NCBI GenBank assembly: GCA_014905635.1
Contig: JABVCE010000032.1
Coordinates: 1-64,000, forward strand
Source of the DNA: Scenedesmus sp. PABB004
Taxonomy: Eukaryota
DNA length: 64,000 bases
Direction: 5' to 3'
The stretch's first letter is position 1. Every line of letters starts with the position of its first letter. Below, one piece after another: positions 24,101 to 36,570 of this stretch. Under the pieces are notes generated by a model. The model searched no databases. It was not told the origin of the DNA and saw nothing but the letters and a program-made list of their open reading frames with translations. The position numbers were made by a program, and so were the translations under genes.

Positions 24101-25074
24101 GGCTGCAGCGAGGTGGCGGTGCTGGACCTCAAGCTCCTGCTGGCGGCGCGGCGGCTGCCGGGCGTGCGCTGCAGCGCGCCTTGCAAGTTGGCGGTCAGCC
24201 CCGGTGCGTGACCAGCCAGGCGCAATGCGGCGCGGCGCGCGCGCGCGGCGGCGCCCGCACCCGCCCTGACCCGCTGTCTCAACGCGGGTGACCCGACCCG
24301 CTGACCCGTCTGCCTGTGCCCTCCCCCTGCCCCCGCCGCCAACTTTTAGACGGCAACTTTGTGGTTTGGGGCGACGATGAGGGCGGCACCGTGATCTGGC
24401 ATGTGGAGAGCGGCTCGCGCACGCCGCTGACGCACGCCGAGCTCGGAGGCGCGCCCGTGGGTTGCGTGGCCTGGAGCGCCTGCTTCCACGCGCTCGCGCT
24501 CAGCAGCCTCAGCCCACTCGCCCCCATCCGCGTGCTTGGCTGGGACCCGGGCCAGCCGGCGGTGCGCCTGACGCCGTCGCCGCCGCAGTCGGCGCGTGCG
24601 GGCACGAGGTTCGTCGGGCGCGCACAGGCGTGTGCCGCCGACGGCGTGGGGCGCACCCGCCACGTGCTGCCGGACATGCTGACGCCCAGCCACGTGCACG
24701 CGCTGCTGGCTGACCTGCGCGCCTCTGCGGCGCAGCGCGGCCTCTACGGCCAGCCTGGCGGCCCGCAGGGCCACCACCTGGTGGTCGTGGCGGCGCACGG
24801 CAACAGCGCCGGCAGCCACACGCTCCACGGCGAGCGGCGGCGGCCGGCGCGCGGCGCGCTGCGGGGCGCGGAAGATGCCGCGGGCGCCGCAGCGGAGGCC
24901 GGCGGCACGGCGGGCGAGGACCCGCAGCCGGCCCCGCAGCTGGACCCGCCGGATGCAGAGGGGTCAGACGCCAGCGGTCGAAGCGCGCCCAGCACGCCCC
25001 GTGGGTCGCTGGCCGCGGCGTGTGGCGCCGGCGCCGCGGCAGGCGCGGCCACGCCCTGGCTGCAGGCACGGTGA
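21110..25074 (+). CDS. AHI1: Jouberin/AHI1-like ciliary transition-zone protein (C2-like domain + WD40), multi-exon
   Basis: PVVRLHVVHAGTGEY, LPPIQTRP, EWGQEL, LLLLEVL, RVAWAFLRL, RYPGFLQ|VVL and CQLPNALL...ASHDGRWLAVA, then WD repeats (HAGLVYGLTW, SASADFTAKLW, ATGAADGYVRLW). The order matches AHI1 architecture. Confidence 0.8.
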
Positions 25075-25319
25075 CAAGCGAGCTCCAGCACGGTTACTCC
25101 GCTTGCGTCGCCCGCCGCACGTCGCCTGCACACGGCAACCGCCGCCGCGGCACGTCTGCAGCCCCGCCGCCCCAGCGCTGAGCCCAGGCAGCATGCGGCG
25201 GCCGCCAGCGCGGCAGCGCGGCCCCGCTGGTGGCGGCGCAGCCAAGCGGGCCCCTGTGGCGCTGCGGCCGGCTCGCCTTCGTGCGCGTCCCGCTTCCGCT
25301 TGCCGCGTCGCCTTCCCCC

Positions 25320-26877
25320 CTAATCCTTCGTCGTGAGCTCGCCGTACTCGGCCGAGTCCTCGACGTTAGACTCGCCCAGGTTGAGCAGAATGCCGGGGTT
25401 CTCCTGCACAGCGGTTGAGGGTGCAGGGTTTAGGGTGAGGGGGGGGGGGGGCAACAGCTGCATCGGGCGGGCGCGCGCGGGCGGCGCGGCCGCGCCGCAC
25501 CTGCAGCAGCGCGACAGGGTCCTGGCCGGGGAAGCTGGTTGACAGGAAGGAGAGGCTGCGGCTGAGTGTGGCGGGGTCTGTCAGCTCGGGCACGGCCTGG
25601 ATGATCTCATCCACGCTCTCCGCGGCAGACAGCAGTGCCTTGACCTGCGGGCGCGGGCGCGCAGGCGCGGGCGCGGTCGACCGGGGCGGCCCGTGCGGGG
25701 GCTCCCGCCCCGCACGCCCAGAGCGCCCTGAGCGCCGCCGGCGCGCAGCGGGCGCCTCACAGCGGCGGCGCTCTCGGTGATGCGTTGCTCCGACTCCAGC
25801 AGCGTCCGCGGGCGGCGCGCCACGATGGAAAACACGTCGGCGCTGCGCGTGCCGGCGGCGGCGCGGTGACACCCCGCCCGCCCGAGGGGGGGGGCAGGGC
25901 AGCCCCTCCGGACTCCCTCCCGGCCCCGCTTCCTGCGCGCGCGCGCTCACTCCGGGTAGGCCGACTTGAGCAGAATCAACTTGTTGGCCGCGCCTGTCAC
26001 ATCCTCACTCAGCGCCACCTGCGCAGCGCGTGGGTGCGTGGGTATGTGGGTGACGTGGGTGGGTGTGCTTGGAGGGGGGGGGGAGGCGTTGGCGCCACGG
26101 GGCCCCCGGGGCAGCCGTGCAGGCGCACGCGCGGGCCCGTGCGCATGCACGCTGGCCCGTACGTGCGCGCGCGGCCCCGTGCCCGGGCGCGGGCTGCGGG
26201 CCGTGGCGCCGCGGCGCCGCGCGCACCCAGTCTGCGGGCTTCATCTTGTTGAGGTTGACCAGGTCGGGCAGCAGTGCCTCCAGCGCCGCCAGGTTGGCTT
26301 GCACCGCGGCCGCATCCTTGCCGCGCCGCCGCGCGGCCTGCCGGGCGGCCGCGCCGCGCAGCGTGGGCGGGGTCGGCGCGTCGGCGCGAGCCGCGCAGCG
26401 CGCCAGCCGCCCCTCCCTCCCCCGGGTGTCGCTCGCACCAGCAGAATATCTTCCATGTCCCTCTTGCGTCGCCTCGTTTCCCAATCCTGTGCGCGCAGGC
26501 GGCGCAGGGTCGCAGCACGTGGCGGCGCGGCGTGGCGTTGCACGGCGCGGCGCGCGGGCCCTCCTCCTAGCTGGCAGCCGCCGCACCGCTGCCGGCACGG
26601 GTGCGGGGCGGTTGCCCACGTAGAGCTGGCTCATGGTGAAGGCCTTGCTGTAGGCATCGTGAAAGCGCGCCTCCTCGGTCTGGGCTGCAGCTGCGCCGCC
26701 GCCGGCGCCGTCAGCGCTGCTGCCTCCTCCGGCGCGTGCGCCGTCGCTGCGGGCCAGGTGGCTGCTGCGGCGGGATGCCACATGCGACCCGTGCCACCGC
26801 AAGCGGCTGCCGGAGCAGCCGGGGCCCGCCGGGCGTGGCGGCGCCAGGCGCGGCGCCGCGTGCCGCAGCAGCAGCAT
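25320..26877 (-). CDS. Uncharacterised protein with probable plastid/organelle transit peptide, ~7 exons
   Basis: Exons splice in frame: MLLLRHAAPRLAPP...FHDAYSKAFTMSQLY|DWETRRRKRDMEDILL|...LLPDLVNLNKMKPADW|VALSEDVTGAANKLILLKSAYPE|...|ENPGILLNLGESNVEDSAEYGELTTKD*. Confidence 0.7.
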
Positions 26878-27323
26878 GGCCTGCGGCCCGCTTCTGGGCG
26901 GGCGCTGGCTCTCAGTGGACCGAGCAGATCGGCACGGAACCTGACCTTTCACCACCCGGACGCAGCTGTGCCCCTGGCGCGCAGCGCCGGCGCGCCGTCG
27001 CCGACGCGGCCGCGTAAGCGCTGCTGCTGCGGCGGGTGGTGGCGGCGCGAGGCGGCACTGATCGGAGGCGTTGGCCGGGGGATGTCGGGCGGGCACACCG
27101 GCATGTCGGGGGCGCGCAGAGCGCCAGCTGCACAGCGGGTTGGGGTTGATGCTGCCCCGCCGTGCTGACGGTCCGGGGCGAGCGCACGGCTCGCTGAGCC
27201 CTGGGGTACCTGCCCCACACCACCAGACCAGCGGATCCCAGCTGAAGCCGCGCGCGGCTGGCAGTCGCCGGGCGACGGAGAGCCGGCGCCGCTCGACATC
27301 GCCCTGCTCGCCGACGAGACGCC

Positions 27324-27718
27324 ATGGCCGCGCTGCGCCGCCACCTACTGTCGGAGATGGCGCGCGACGGCGAGCGCGGGGAGACGCCAGCCGCGGGCGG
27401 GGGGCGCGCGCAGCGCGTGCTGGTGCCCGCGCGTGCGCGGCGCGGCAGGGGCGTGGCGTTGTTTAACAAGGTGCGGTGCCTCGTCGCGCGCGGCGTGGGG
27501 CGCGGCGCGCGGCGCGGGCACGCGCCGCAACGGCCGCGCGGCGCGGCCCGCGCCGCCCGTGCGCCCCGGCACTGCGCCGCGCCGCAGCTGGTGCACGATG
27601 CGAGAGACATCGCCGCCCACATCTTGGCGGAGCACACGGCGGACGGCCTCGTCGACGGCGCGCCCTGCTGCGGTGCCAAGGCGCAGCAGGCGGCGCAGCA
27701 GGCGGCGCAGCAGGCGGC

Positions 27719-27772
<54 letters not shown>

Positions 27773-29690
27773 CAGGGAGGCGCCGGGGGCAAGGCGGCAG
27801 CAGCAACGCCCGCGCCCGCCGGCGGCAAGGCGGGACACACTGGCAGTCCCGGCAAGGGCAGCAGCGGCGGCAGTGGCGGTGGCGGCAGCGGCAGCGCCGG
27901 CGACACCGGCGTGCGGCTGATTGATACCGCAATCGGGCGCGTTGTTGCGGAGGCCGCGCCGGGCACGCCGGTGGTGGTGCTGAAGAAGGGCAAGGCGCGG
28001 CTGTTTGAAGGCGGCTCGCCCCTTGCCTACAGCGGCGCCGTCGACTGCGTCCTCGGCAGCCCGCCCGCCAGGGGCGCCGCGGTCGTCGTGGCCGACCACA
28101 CGCGCACGCCCATCGCCTGGGGCGTCTCCAACCCGGTCTCAATGCTCCGCGTCAGGCGGGCTGCCCCGCACCGCCGGCCGCGCCGTCCCGCGCGCGTCCG
28201 CGCCCGCGCAGCGCCATGCACAGTGCGCACCGCGCACAGCACGTGCGCCACCCGCGTGCCGTGCACGCAGGCTGCTTCAGAGCGAGGCCGAGGCCCTCGC
28301 GGACGACATCGCGGTGCTCGACCTGGATGCGCTGCTCGATGCCTCGCGTATGTCAGGCGATGGCGCTGCGGCGCTTTCTCGGCCTGCCAGGGGAAGAGTG
28401 GTGCGTGGTGCGGCTGATTAACAGCGAGGGCGATAGCCTCTTCGGGCTGTTGGCAGACATGCTGGGCGCCGCGCCGGAGTGCCGGCGCCGCGCGCATGGT
28501 GTGGCGGCCCTCCGCCGGCATTCTGAAGGAGGAGGGGCGTGGGAGGTGGAGGCGCAGGCCCCGCCCGGCGCGGGGGGCACGAGCGCCGCCGGCTCGCCGC
28601 TGTCGGCACAGGCGGAGGAGCCCGGCGGCGCGTCCGCTGGGGCACAGCAGCTTGCAGTCGTGTGTGAGTGCGGGGTGCAGTTCCACGCCAGCCCCGGGGC
28701 GGGCCAGAAGATGGGCTTTTACGCCGACCAGCGCGCCAACCGCTCTGCCATCGCGGCGCTGGCGGCCGGGAAGAGCGTGCTCGACCTGTGCTGCTTCAGC
28801 GGCAGCTTTGGCCTCCACGCCGCGGCGGCCGGCGCGGCGGCGGTCACAGGCGTCGACTCGTCACCCGTGGCGGTCGAGCTCGCCACCGCCAACGCGGCGC
28901 TCAACGGCTTGTCGGACAGGTGCGGCGCGGCGGGCCGCCGTGTGTGTGTGTGGGGGGGGGGCTTCGCTCCCGGTCCGCGGGCGCTCGCCTGGCTGCCGCG
29001 CGCCCGCCCGGGCAGTGGCGCGACCGCCGTTTTTGTGCGTCGCAGGTGCGTTTTTTTAAGGGATGACGTGGTGACGTCCCATCGACGTGGGCAACGCCCA
29101 CAATGAGGTCGTCATCGATCCACCCAAGCTGGGTGCGGGGCGCGTGCGCAGGCGCTGCGCCCGCCGTGCGGTCGCCGCGCCGCCGCCTCACCACTCCCCG
29201 GCCGCGCCGCCGGGCGCCGCAGCCCCCAACAAAGCCCCCTTCCCGAGGGCGCCGAGCAAGTACAGGTGGGGGGCTGCGCGCGGCGGTCGAGCTCCGCTGC
29301 TCGCCGGCCAGCGTGTGCAAGAGGCTGGGGCAGCGCCGCGGCCGGCGCCCCGATCGGGGGCCAGCTGCTGAGATGCGGCGCCCCCCCCCCCCCCCCGTCC
29401 CCTGCCCCGGTGTGCGGTAGGCAGCTGCCTACCGCACACCGGCCTGTTGAGCTGCAGCTCAACAGGCTCGCCCTCGGGGTCGTCCGCCCCGGCGGCGTGC
29501 TGCTGACCTGCTCGTGCAGCGGCGCAATGACCCAGAGCGGCGGCCTGGCCCGCATCGTCGCCGACGCGGCAGCAGAGGCGGAGCATCAGACCACGCTGCT
29601 GGCGACGCCTGGAGCGGCGCCAGACCACCCGTGCACCCGGGGCACCTTGAGGGCGCCAACCTCACCGCGCTCATGTTCCGCGTGCTGTGA
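27324..29690 (+). pseudogene. RlmI-like (PUA + SAM-dependent) rRNA m5C methyltransferase, frameshifted
   Basis: [63 protein letters not shown] and GGVLLTCSCS. Frameshifts near 28340 and 29070-29105, plus drifted motifs (GQKMGF for GQKTGF). The 5' boundary is uncertain. Confidence 0.75.
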
Positions 29691-29920
29691 GGCGCGCGCT
29701 GCGTGCCGCGCGCTGTGTCCCTCGGGGCGGCGGCGCGTGCTGCGAGGCGCACCGCGCGCTGCGCGCTGGCGGCGCCCGGGGCAGCGGCACATGCTGTGAG
29801 GCGCTGCGCACTGCGCCGCCGGCGGCGCTCCAGGGCGCCGGCGCGCGCGGGCGGGGCCTGGCGGCAACCCTCGACTCATGTTCCGACCGTGGGCCGCGCT
29901 GCGGCGCCGTTCGCCGTGCG

Positions 29921-30860
29921 CTGAGCGCTGGGCCGCTTCGGGGCCGAGCCGGCCCACCCGCACGGCCACTGCGGCGCTGCGCCAACAGCCGCGGCATGCG
30001 CAGGCCCCGCACCACCGCCGGCCGGGCGCGAGCAGCGCGCCAGGGGCAGCCAGCCGGCGGCCCGCCGCCGCCCGGAGCAGCGCGCGTCGCGGCGCGCGTG
30101 CTGCCGCGATGTTGTTGTTGTTGTTACACGCAGGCTCAGTCGGGATTCCCGACTCGGGGCAGGGCAAGAACGAATGCGTTCTTGGGCGGCACGCTTGGTG
30201 CGCACGCGCCATGGGAAAACCGTCAGAAAACCACCCCCTTCACTGCTACAGCGCCGGGCACAGGCCGCAAGGCCCTAAGCCCCGGGGTCAGTCGCGCAGA
30301 CGGCGCGCAGATCCCAGCGACGGTCGCTGCAGCAGCCACTAGCGCAGTTCGCGCGCCCCGGCTCTGGTGCTCACACCCCGAGGTCGCCCCCGGTAATGGT
30401 CCCGCGCCCTTCAAGGGCGGCGCCAATGGTAACAGGATGCCGATGTACAGGCTGACGGCCAGAGGGGCCACCAACATCCGAACGCAGTCGCCACAGCTCC
30501 GCAACATAGGTCGCTGCCGCCCGCGCCGTATCAGGGTGCGCAAGGCAGGGCCCAAGCAACCACTGCCGTGCGCGCTGCAGGGCGCCGCGTACTGCCACGC
30601 TGTCCGTGTCCGCCGCTGTGCCGGCCGAGTCCGCTGCCAAATCGCCAGCTGCCGCAGCCGCCGGGGCAGGCAACGCCGGCACGCCGCCTGCGCCCCGATG
30701 TGGCTTGGCCGCCGCCGCGCGAGCGTAGCGGGCGACGAGCAAGGCCTGCTGCTGGAGGTGTCGATGCCGGAGCGGCGCTGCTGCCCGCCGCGCCGGCGGC
30801 GCGGCGGCGCTGCTGCTGGCATCCCGCTGCCCGCTGCCGCCCTACAACGATGTGCGCTGC
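29921..30860 (+). repeat. Dispersed unit 'R' copy 3, interrupted by retroelement
   Basis: Both flanks of the 30113-30701 insertion match the uninterrupted copies at 5263-5640 and 15080-15365. Confidence 0.85.
30113..30695 (-). mobile_element. 5'-truncated non-LTR retrotransposon fragment with (AAC)n tail and 6-bp TSD (cgatgt)
   Basis: TSD at 30107-30112 and 30696-30701; empty site in R copies 1 and 2. Minus-strand ORF remnant ...WLLGPCLAHPDTARAAATYVAELWRLRS...*, 3'-UTR hairpins, then gtgtaacaacaacaac. Confidence 0.8.
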
Positions 30861-31598
30861 GGCGCGCGCGGCGCGGGCGGCGCGGGCGGCGGGCGGCGGG
30901 CGGCGCGCACGGCGCGTGGGCGGCCTGTTTCCGAGCGACTGCTGCTCGCAGCAGGTGGCGCCGACGCAGCAGGTTGGCCTGGCGTTGTCAGAGTCATCTC
31001 GCCGCCCCGCGAGAATTCTCGGCGGCCGACGCCCGCTGCTCAGACCGGCACTCTGCGGGCTGAACGCTGCGCTCTGAGAGCCACAGCCACTCCGGCGTCA
31101 CTGCATGGCTTTGCCAGGTAGAGGTGTGCGCGGCGGGGCCGCCGGCAGCGCAGTGGGGCGGCGGTCGGGGCGAGAACTCTGTCTCATCGGCACGCCGCAA
31201 ACATGCGTGCCCCGGTCGTGCCGAGCGCACGTCGCACCGCGCAGTTCCACAGTAGTATGCCTGTTCGCGCGTGGCGTGGCGTGTTGAACGCGCTCAGTAC
31301 CCCCCCGACATCATCATCATAACACGTAGCTTCTTTTAGATCGTCTGAATGAAGTATTAGCCCCCCTCCCCGCGACGGTCGAGTGCGGACAAGCCCCGTG
31401 CCCTTCCGCAGGCTGGCGCAGCCCCCCTCCCCCCGCAGCCCCCCTCCCCGCGCCCGCTCCCTCGAGTCAGCCACTCCCTCTAACACACATCGCGCAGACA
31501 GCGCCGCGCGGCATCAGCGCGCCCCCCCCCCCCCTCCTCCCCCCGGGGGCGCCCCTTCCCCCCCTCCCGCCCTGCCGGCCCTCTCCGACGCCCAAGTG

Positions 31599-34500
31599 AT
31601 GGGGATCTCCCGCTCCCAGCTGGCACTGGCGGGCGTGTTGGCGCTCGCCGCCCTCGGCGCCAGCGCCCGGGCGTCGGCGGCGCTGGCGGCGGACGGGCCC
31701 GGCGACACCGACGCAATCAACACCACCCCACGCGACTCCGCGGCCGCCACGGCCACCGCTGGTCACGGTGGCAAGCACGGCCACCATGACCGCGCTCGGC
31801 GCTCCCCGGCGCTGCGCTCGCCGGTCACGCTCTCGCCGGCGCCCGGCTCGGCCGTGCTGGAGGTGGAGCTGACGCTGCGCCAGGGAAGCGTGACGCTCGA
31901 CACGGTCTCGCCGGGGGAGGTGGGGAACTTCCTGCTGTTCGCGTACCGTGTCGTGAAGGGCGTGGCGGACGGCGGGCCGCTCGCGGACGAGGCGGGCGTG
32001 TACCCAGGCCCGACGCTCAAAGTGCAGCCCGGGCAGACGCTGGTCGTGCGCATCCAGAACGCGCTCTTCAACCTGACGATGCAAGACTACTCTGACCCGA
32101 GCTACACGCCGGCGGGCCAAGTCGTCCCGTGCGTGCGGGGGGGGGGGGGCATCAGGCACGGGTCGCTGGCAGCCAGCCCACGCGCGCGGCAGCAGGCGCG
32201 CGCTGCTGGCAGCCAGCCCACGCGCGCCCGCTGCCGCGCCCGCCGGCCGCGCGCAGTCTCTACCCCCCGGCTTTGACCTCTTCGCCCTACAACAACCACG
32301 TGCACGGGATCCACACGAGCCCGTCGGGGCAGTCCGACAACGTGTATCTGTCCATTCCCCCCGGCATGTCCAACACGTACACGTACTACATCCCCACGGA
32401 CCACCCGAGCGGCCTGTACTGGTACCACACGCACAGGCACATGTTGACGTCGCCGCAGACGTTCCGCGGCCTGGCCGGCATGCTCGTCATTGGCCGCGCC
32501 GACGGGTACATCCCCGCCGTGACGGAGAATAAGCTCCCGATCCGCGTCATGGCCATCCAGTACAACACCGTGTTTGACCGCGCCTGCGCGAGGGGGCGCC
32601 GCATCTTAAACAACCCGTACTGGAACTCGGGCATCAACACGTCCGTGGTGCCCGCGCCGGGGGAGCTGGCCGCGGGCACCTACCGCCCTCTGCTGACGCC
32701 CATCAACTTCCTCGACTCGGCCAAGGGCACGACGTTCATGACGGCGTGGTGGGCGGGGAACCTCAGCGTCAACAACAACCGCGGCAAGTTCCAGTGGATG
32801 CCGCAGTCGCTCCAGACGTTCACGGACGCCAAGGGCAACGTCGTGCAGCGCGCCCAGCCCAACGCCGACCCCAAGCTCAGGGACGTGCAGTTCACCATAA
32901 ACGGCCAGTTCCAGCCGACCGTCTATGACACACAGCGCGGCCAGACGGAGATCTGGGTCTTGGCCAACATGGCCGACGCGGCCTACGCCGTCGTGACGCT
33001 CACAGAGACGGCGACGGGGAACCACCCCGTCATTTCCATCGTGGGGCAAGACGGCAACCCGCGCGACGATGTTGGTGCCTCCTTTTTGGACGGGGGCCGG
33101 CGCTTGGTGCTGCCGCCCGCCACGCGCTACGCGATCGCCGTCACGATGCCGATGCAGGGCGACTTGGTGCTGGAGATGCCGCCGCTCCTAGTGAGCGAGT
33201 GGGCGCAGCTCAAGGGGCAGCTCAGCAACCTGGGCATCCTCTATGTCAACGACGGCACGGACAACCCCCCCGCGCAGCTCGGGAACATCTCCATTGCTGT
33301 GAACGTGGTCAACTACTTTGACGGCTTCTTCCTCACGCCCACGCAAGTCCTGCTCACGGCCAAGCCCAATGCAGCCCGCCCCCCTGTCCCGTCCGTCCCG
33401 TTCCTGCAAGGCCAGCCCACAAATGCGTACTCGAGCTTCTGCCAGACGGTCGGCAAGCCCGTCGCGGCCACGCGGAGGCTCCTCATTACCGGCGGCTTCA
33501 ATAACGAGCTCGCCAACCCTGAGGACCCCAACGCGTTCACGTACCAGTTCTCGGGAAACCAGTTCCCCAACATTCCACTTTTGCAGCCTCGATTGGACTC
33601 GATTGAGGAGTGGACGTTCGTAAACTACAACAACGACCAACACCCCATCCACATCCACATCAACGACTTCCAGGTCACGGAGATTGTGGACCCGTCGACC
33701 AACCCGCCCACACGATCGGGGCCATCAAACTACGGCCAAGATAACATCAACGTCCCCTACCCGAGCGCATCAAACGTGCCCGGCTCGGTGAGGGCCCTGC
33801 TTGCGCGTGTGACGCAGCAGCGCTGCCGCCGCTGGCGTTTGCGCTGACGCTGACTTTGATGCTGTATGCGTACGCTCGCGCGTCACGGCTGTGCGCGACG
33901 CAGGTTTCGCTGCGCACGTGCTTCAAGCAGTACACCGGGGCGTACGTCACCCATTGCCATCGCCTGAACCACGAGGACAACGGCCTAATGGCCATCATCA
34001 ACGTCATCCCGGCTCGCAGCTTTGTGGCGGTCGTGAGCCGTCGCGCTGCCAGCGGCCAAAACCAAACAGCGCGCGTTGTCGTCACCGTTATCAGCACGGG
34101 CGACGTCGGCGGCCCGCGCGACGTCGTCGTGGCCGACGACCTTGAGCCGTTTCCAGGCTACCAGGGCGACCTCGTCACAGCCATGGGCGACATTGACGGC
34201 GACGGCGTCTTTGACTTGGTTGTGGGCACCAAGTCGGACCGCCGCCCCCGCGTCGCGGCTTGGTCTGGGGCGTCTGACTTCACCAAGGCACTGGTGCAGC
34301 CCTTCTTCTTGCTGCCCCGCGCCAGCGCCAAGCCCGTGGTGCTCAGCCTTGCCGCGGGCGGATACGTCCTGGGCACGAACACGTCGGCCATTTCCAACGT
34401 CGTCATTGGCATGGAAGGGCTCGTGCGCGTCTACGACTTGCTCGCGAAGAAGGTGGTCTCGTCGTTCTCCCCGTTTGGGGTCAAGTACGTCGGCCCCGTC

Positions 34501-35088
34501 TCTGTTGCCACGGGCCAAGTCACAGCGACCGGCCGCACAGGCATCGTCGCCGGGTCGGGGCAAGGGCTCGTCCAGGTCTTTGCCTACACGCTGTATGAGC
34601 CGCTCTCCGGCGCAACCGAGCCCCAGCCCACGCTGTTGTCGTCCTTCTCTCCGTTTGGCGACACCGTGATGCCCGTGGCGCTCGCGGCGGGCTGGGTCGC
34701 CGGAGACGAGGGCGGCTTCGCACGCATCGTGGCCAGCCACCCCACGCAGAACCAAGTCAAGGTCCTGACGCTCGCGAGCTTGAGCCGCACGCAAGGCCAC
34801 CCCGCCATCTACATCACGCCCTTGTCGGACTACTCGCTGGCCGCCGCGTACGTGGAAATGGCCAACTTCACAGTGCCGTTCGTCCCACCCGGCACGAGCG
34901 TGGCGGTGGCCACAGCCAGCCACGTCGGCGGTGCCAGCCTTGTCGTGAGCGCCGTCGGGGCCGACGTCGTCAAGCTCACCGAGCTGGTGCGCCCGTCCCC
35001 CAACGCCACGTCCCTGGAGCCCGGGCCATTCCACGATGTGTGGGTCGCAAGCGGGGGTGCCGTTGTGCTCCAGGTGAGCGGGGCGTGA
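31599..35088 (+). CDS. Secreted multicopper oxidase (laccase-like) with C-terminal FG-GAP/VCBS-like beta-propeller region; introns 32129-32256 and 33788-33903
   Basis: Signal peptide, and all four Cu-binding motifs: NNHVHG, WYHTHRH, HPIHIHIN, HCHRLNHEDNGLM. C-terminal PFPGYQGDLVTAMGDIDGDGVFDLVVG and FSPFGVKYVGPVSVATG repeats. Confidence 0.92.
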
Positions 35089-35200
35089 CGACCCAAGCGC
35101 CGGAGCCGCGAGCCCGCGCCGAGGGCGGCGTGGTGAGTCACCAACGACGCGGGCTACCTCCTTTTGTCTGCAACACTTGCGCCTTGTTTGATTACAGCTG

Positions 35201-35244
35201 AAAAAAAGATAAAGATAAAGATAGTTACACCACAGGCTCGCGCC
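35201..35244 (-). mobile_element. 44-bp retro-type insertion with (TATCTT)n tail, 7-bp TSD acagctg
   Basis: TSD at 35194-35200 and 35245-35251. Absent at the paralogous site (~43717) in duplicate copy 2. The same core is present at 54871-54903. Confidence 0.85.
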
Positions 35245-36054
35245 ACAGCTGTTCTTTTTGCTGTTTATAACGTTTTGAACTGCTACATATATCAACGGCT
35301 CGAGGGTGGGTGGCTTGGCGACTCCACGCGAGTGGGCTTGCGCTCGAGGGGGGCCGAGGCATTGCCCCTGCGGGGGTGTGGTGGCCGGTCAGGACGGGGG
35401 CACGCAGCGTGAGGTCGTGCGCTGCACGACACGGCTGCACGACGAACGGGAGGCCTGTTATAACGGCCTGCCGTGGCCACGGCGGTGCTGTGCGCGGCGC
35501 AGCACGGTGTGGTGGGGCGGGCTGACCGGGCGGCATGGCGGGGCTGGTGTGGCTCTGGGCCTGCACTCTGGTGCGCGCCTCAGACCCGGGGAGGGGGGAC
35601 TGATGGCATGCACAGGGACTGGTGTGTGCGGGGCTGCGCGTGCGCTGGCCGCGGCGCAGCCGCAGCGACACGCCCCATGCCAGCGCCGCCGGCGACGCCA
35701 ACGGCGTCGGCCGTGAGCGCAGCATGTGGGAGGCTGCTTTTCCTGTTTCTGGTTGCACTGTTCTTGGGCTGACCTGACCTGCTGTCGGGGTGCTGACAGG
35801 GAGCGTGCCCGTCAGTAGCCGACCGGGCAACTCAACAACAACAACAACTCGACGAAGGGCTCGCCCTGCGTCAGCGGGTGCGTCGTACGTTTTCCTACGT
35901 TTTCAGAGACACAACATGTCCAAGAGCCTAACAAACGAAAGCTGCAAACAACGAAAGCTTTAACGACAACCGTGGCCCTCGCCGCCACCGCGCCCCGCGC
36001 CGGCGCCTGCAGCCGGCCTAGTTGTAACGCCAATGACTTTGCACATCTGGAGCT

Positions 36055-36570
36055 GCTTCCGCAGCGGCTTTGAACGGGGGCGGCAGAGGGAGGAGGGCCA
36101 AGGGCCGCCACACGCGCAGCACCGGTGCTCACGCGCGCCACGCCTCGCCGTGGCAGGCCACCCTGCAGCTGCAGCTGCCCCCCCCCCCTGGACCGCCTCA
36201 ACCGCCCCGCGCCGCCGCGCCTGCAGGAAACCAGGCAGCGCGGTGCGGCACGGCCGCCGCGGGCGAGGCAAGCCGCGCGCCGGTGCTGCGCAGCAGCTGG
36301 CGCTTGAGGCGCAGCTCCACCGCCCCCACACGCAGCCGTGCCAGGTGCCCAACGCGCTGCTCGTTGAGGCGTGCGGCCCCGTGGGCGGTGTGAGCGTGCT
36401 GGCGGCCAGCCACAACGGCCGCTGGCTCGCAGAGGCGGCTGGCGATGCTGTGGGGCGCTATCAGGTGCGCGTGCCGCCGAAGCAGTGCGGCGCCGGCGCG
36501 CTGCTGGCCTCGCACGCGCGGCTCCCCCCCCCCACACACACACACAAAACACACCCACCCACATGCACCC
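36055..36570 (+). pseudogene. Scrambled fragment of AHI1-like gene (copy 1)
   Basis: QQLALEAQLHRPHTQPCQVPNALLVEACGPVGGVSVLAASHNGRWLA matches 22970-23150. An internal piece (~36160-36260) is the reverse complement of ~22480-22570. Confidence 0.85.

Noticed and set aside
15696..24211. Many long Ala/Arg/Pro/Gly-rich ORFs on alternative frames and strands
   Set aside because: Expected shadow ORFs in very GC-rich DNA; they overlap well-supported spliced genes.
27686..27770. CAG repeat (also 45953-45990)
   Set aside because: Ordinary microsatellites, common in such genomes.
35296..35850. Possible further retroelement ending in (CAA)n at ~35836-35850
   Set aside because: No convincing TSD, empty site or RT-like peptide found.
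35998..36022. gccggc..gccggc hairpin followed by CTAG as a Helitron 3' end explaining captured fragments
   Set aside because: Stem is short and directly abuts CTAG, and no matching 5' end or RepHel gene is visible; likely chance in GC-rich DNA.
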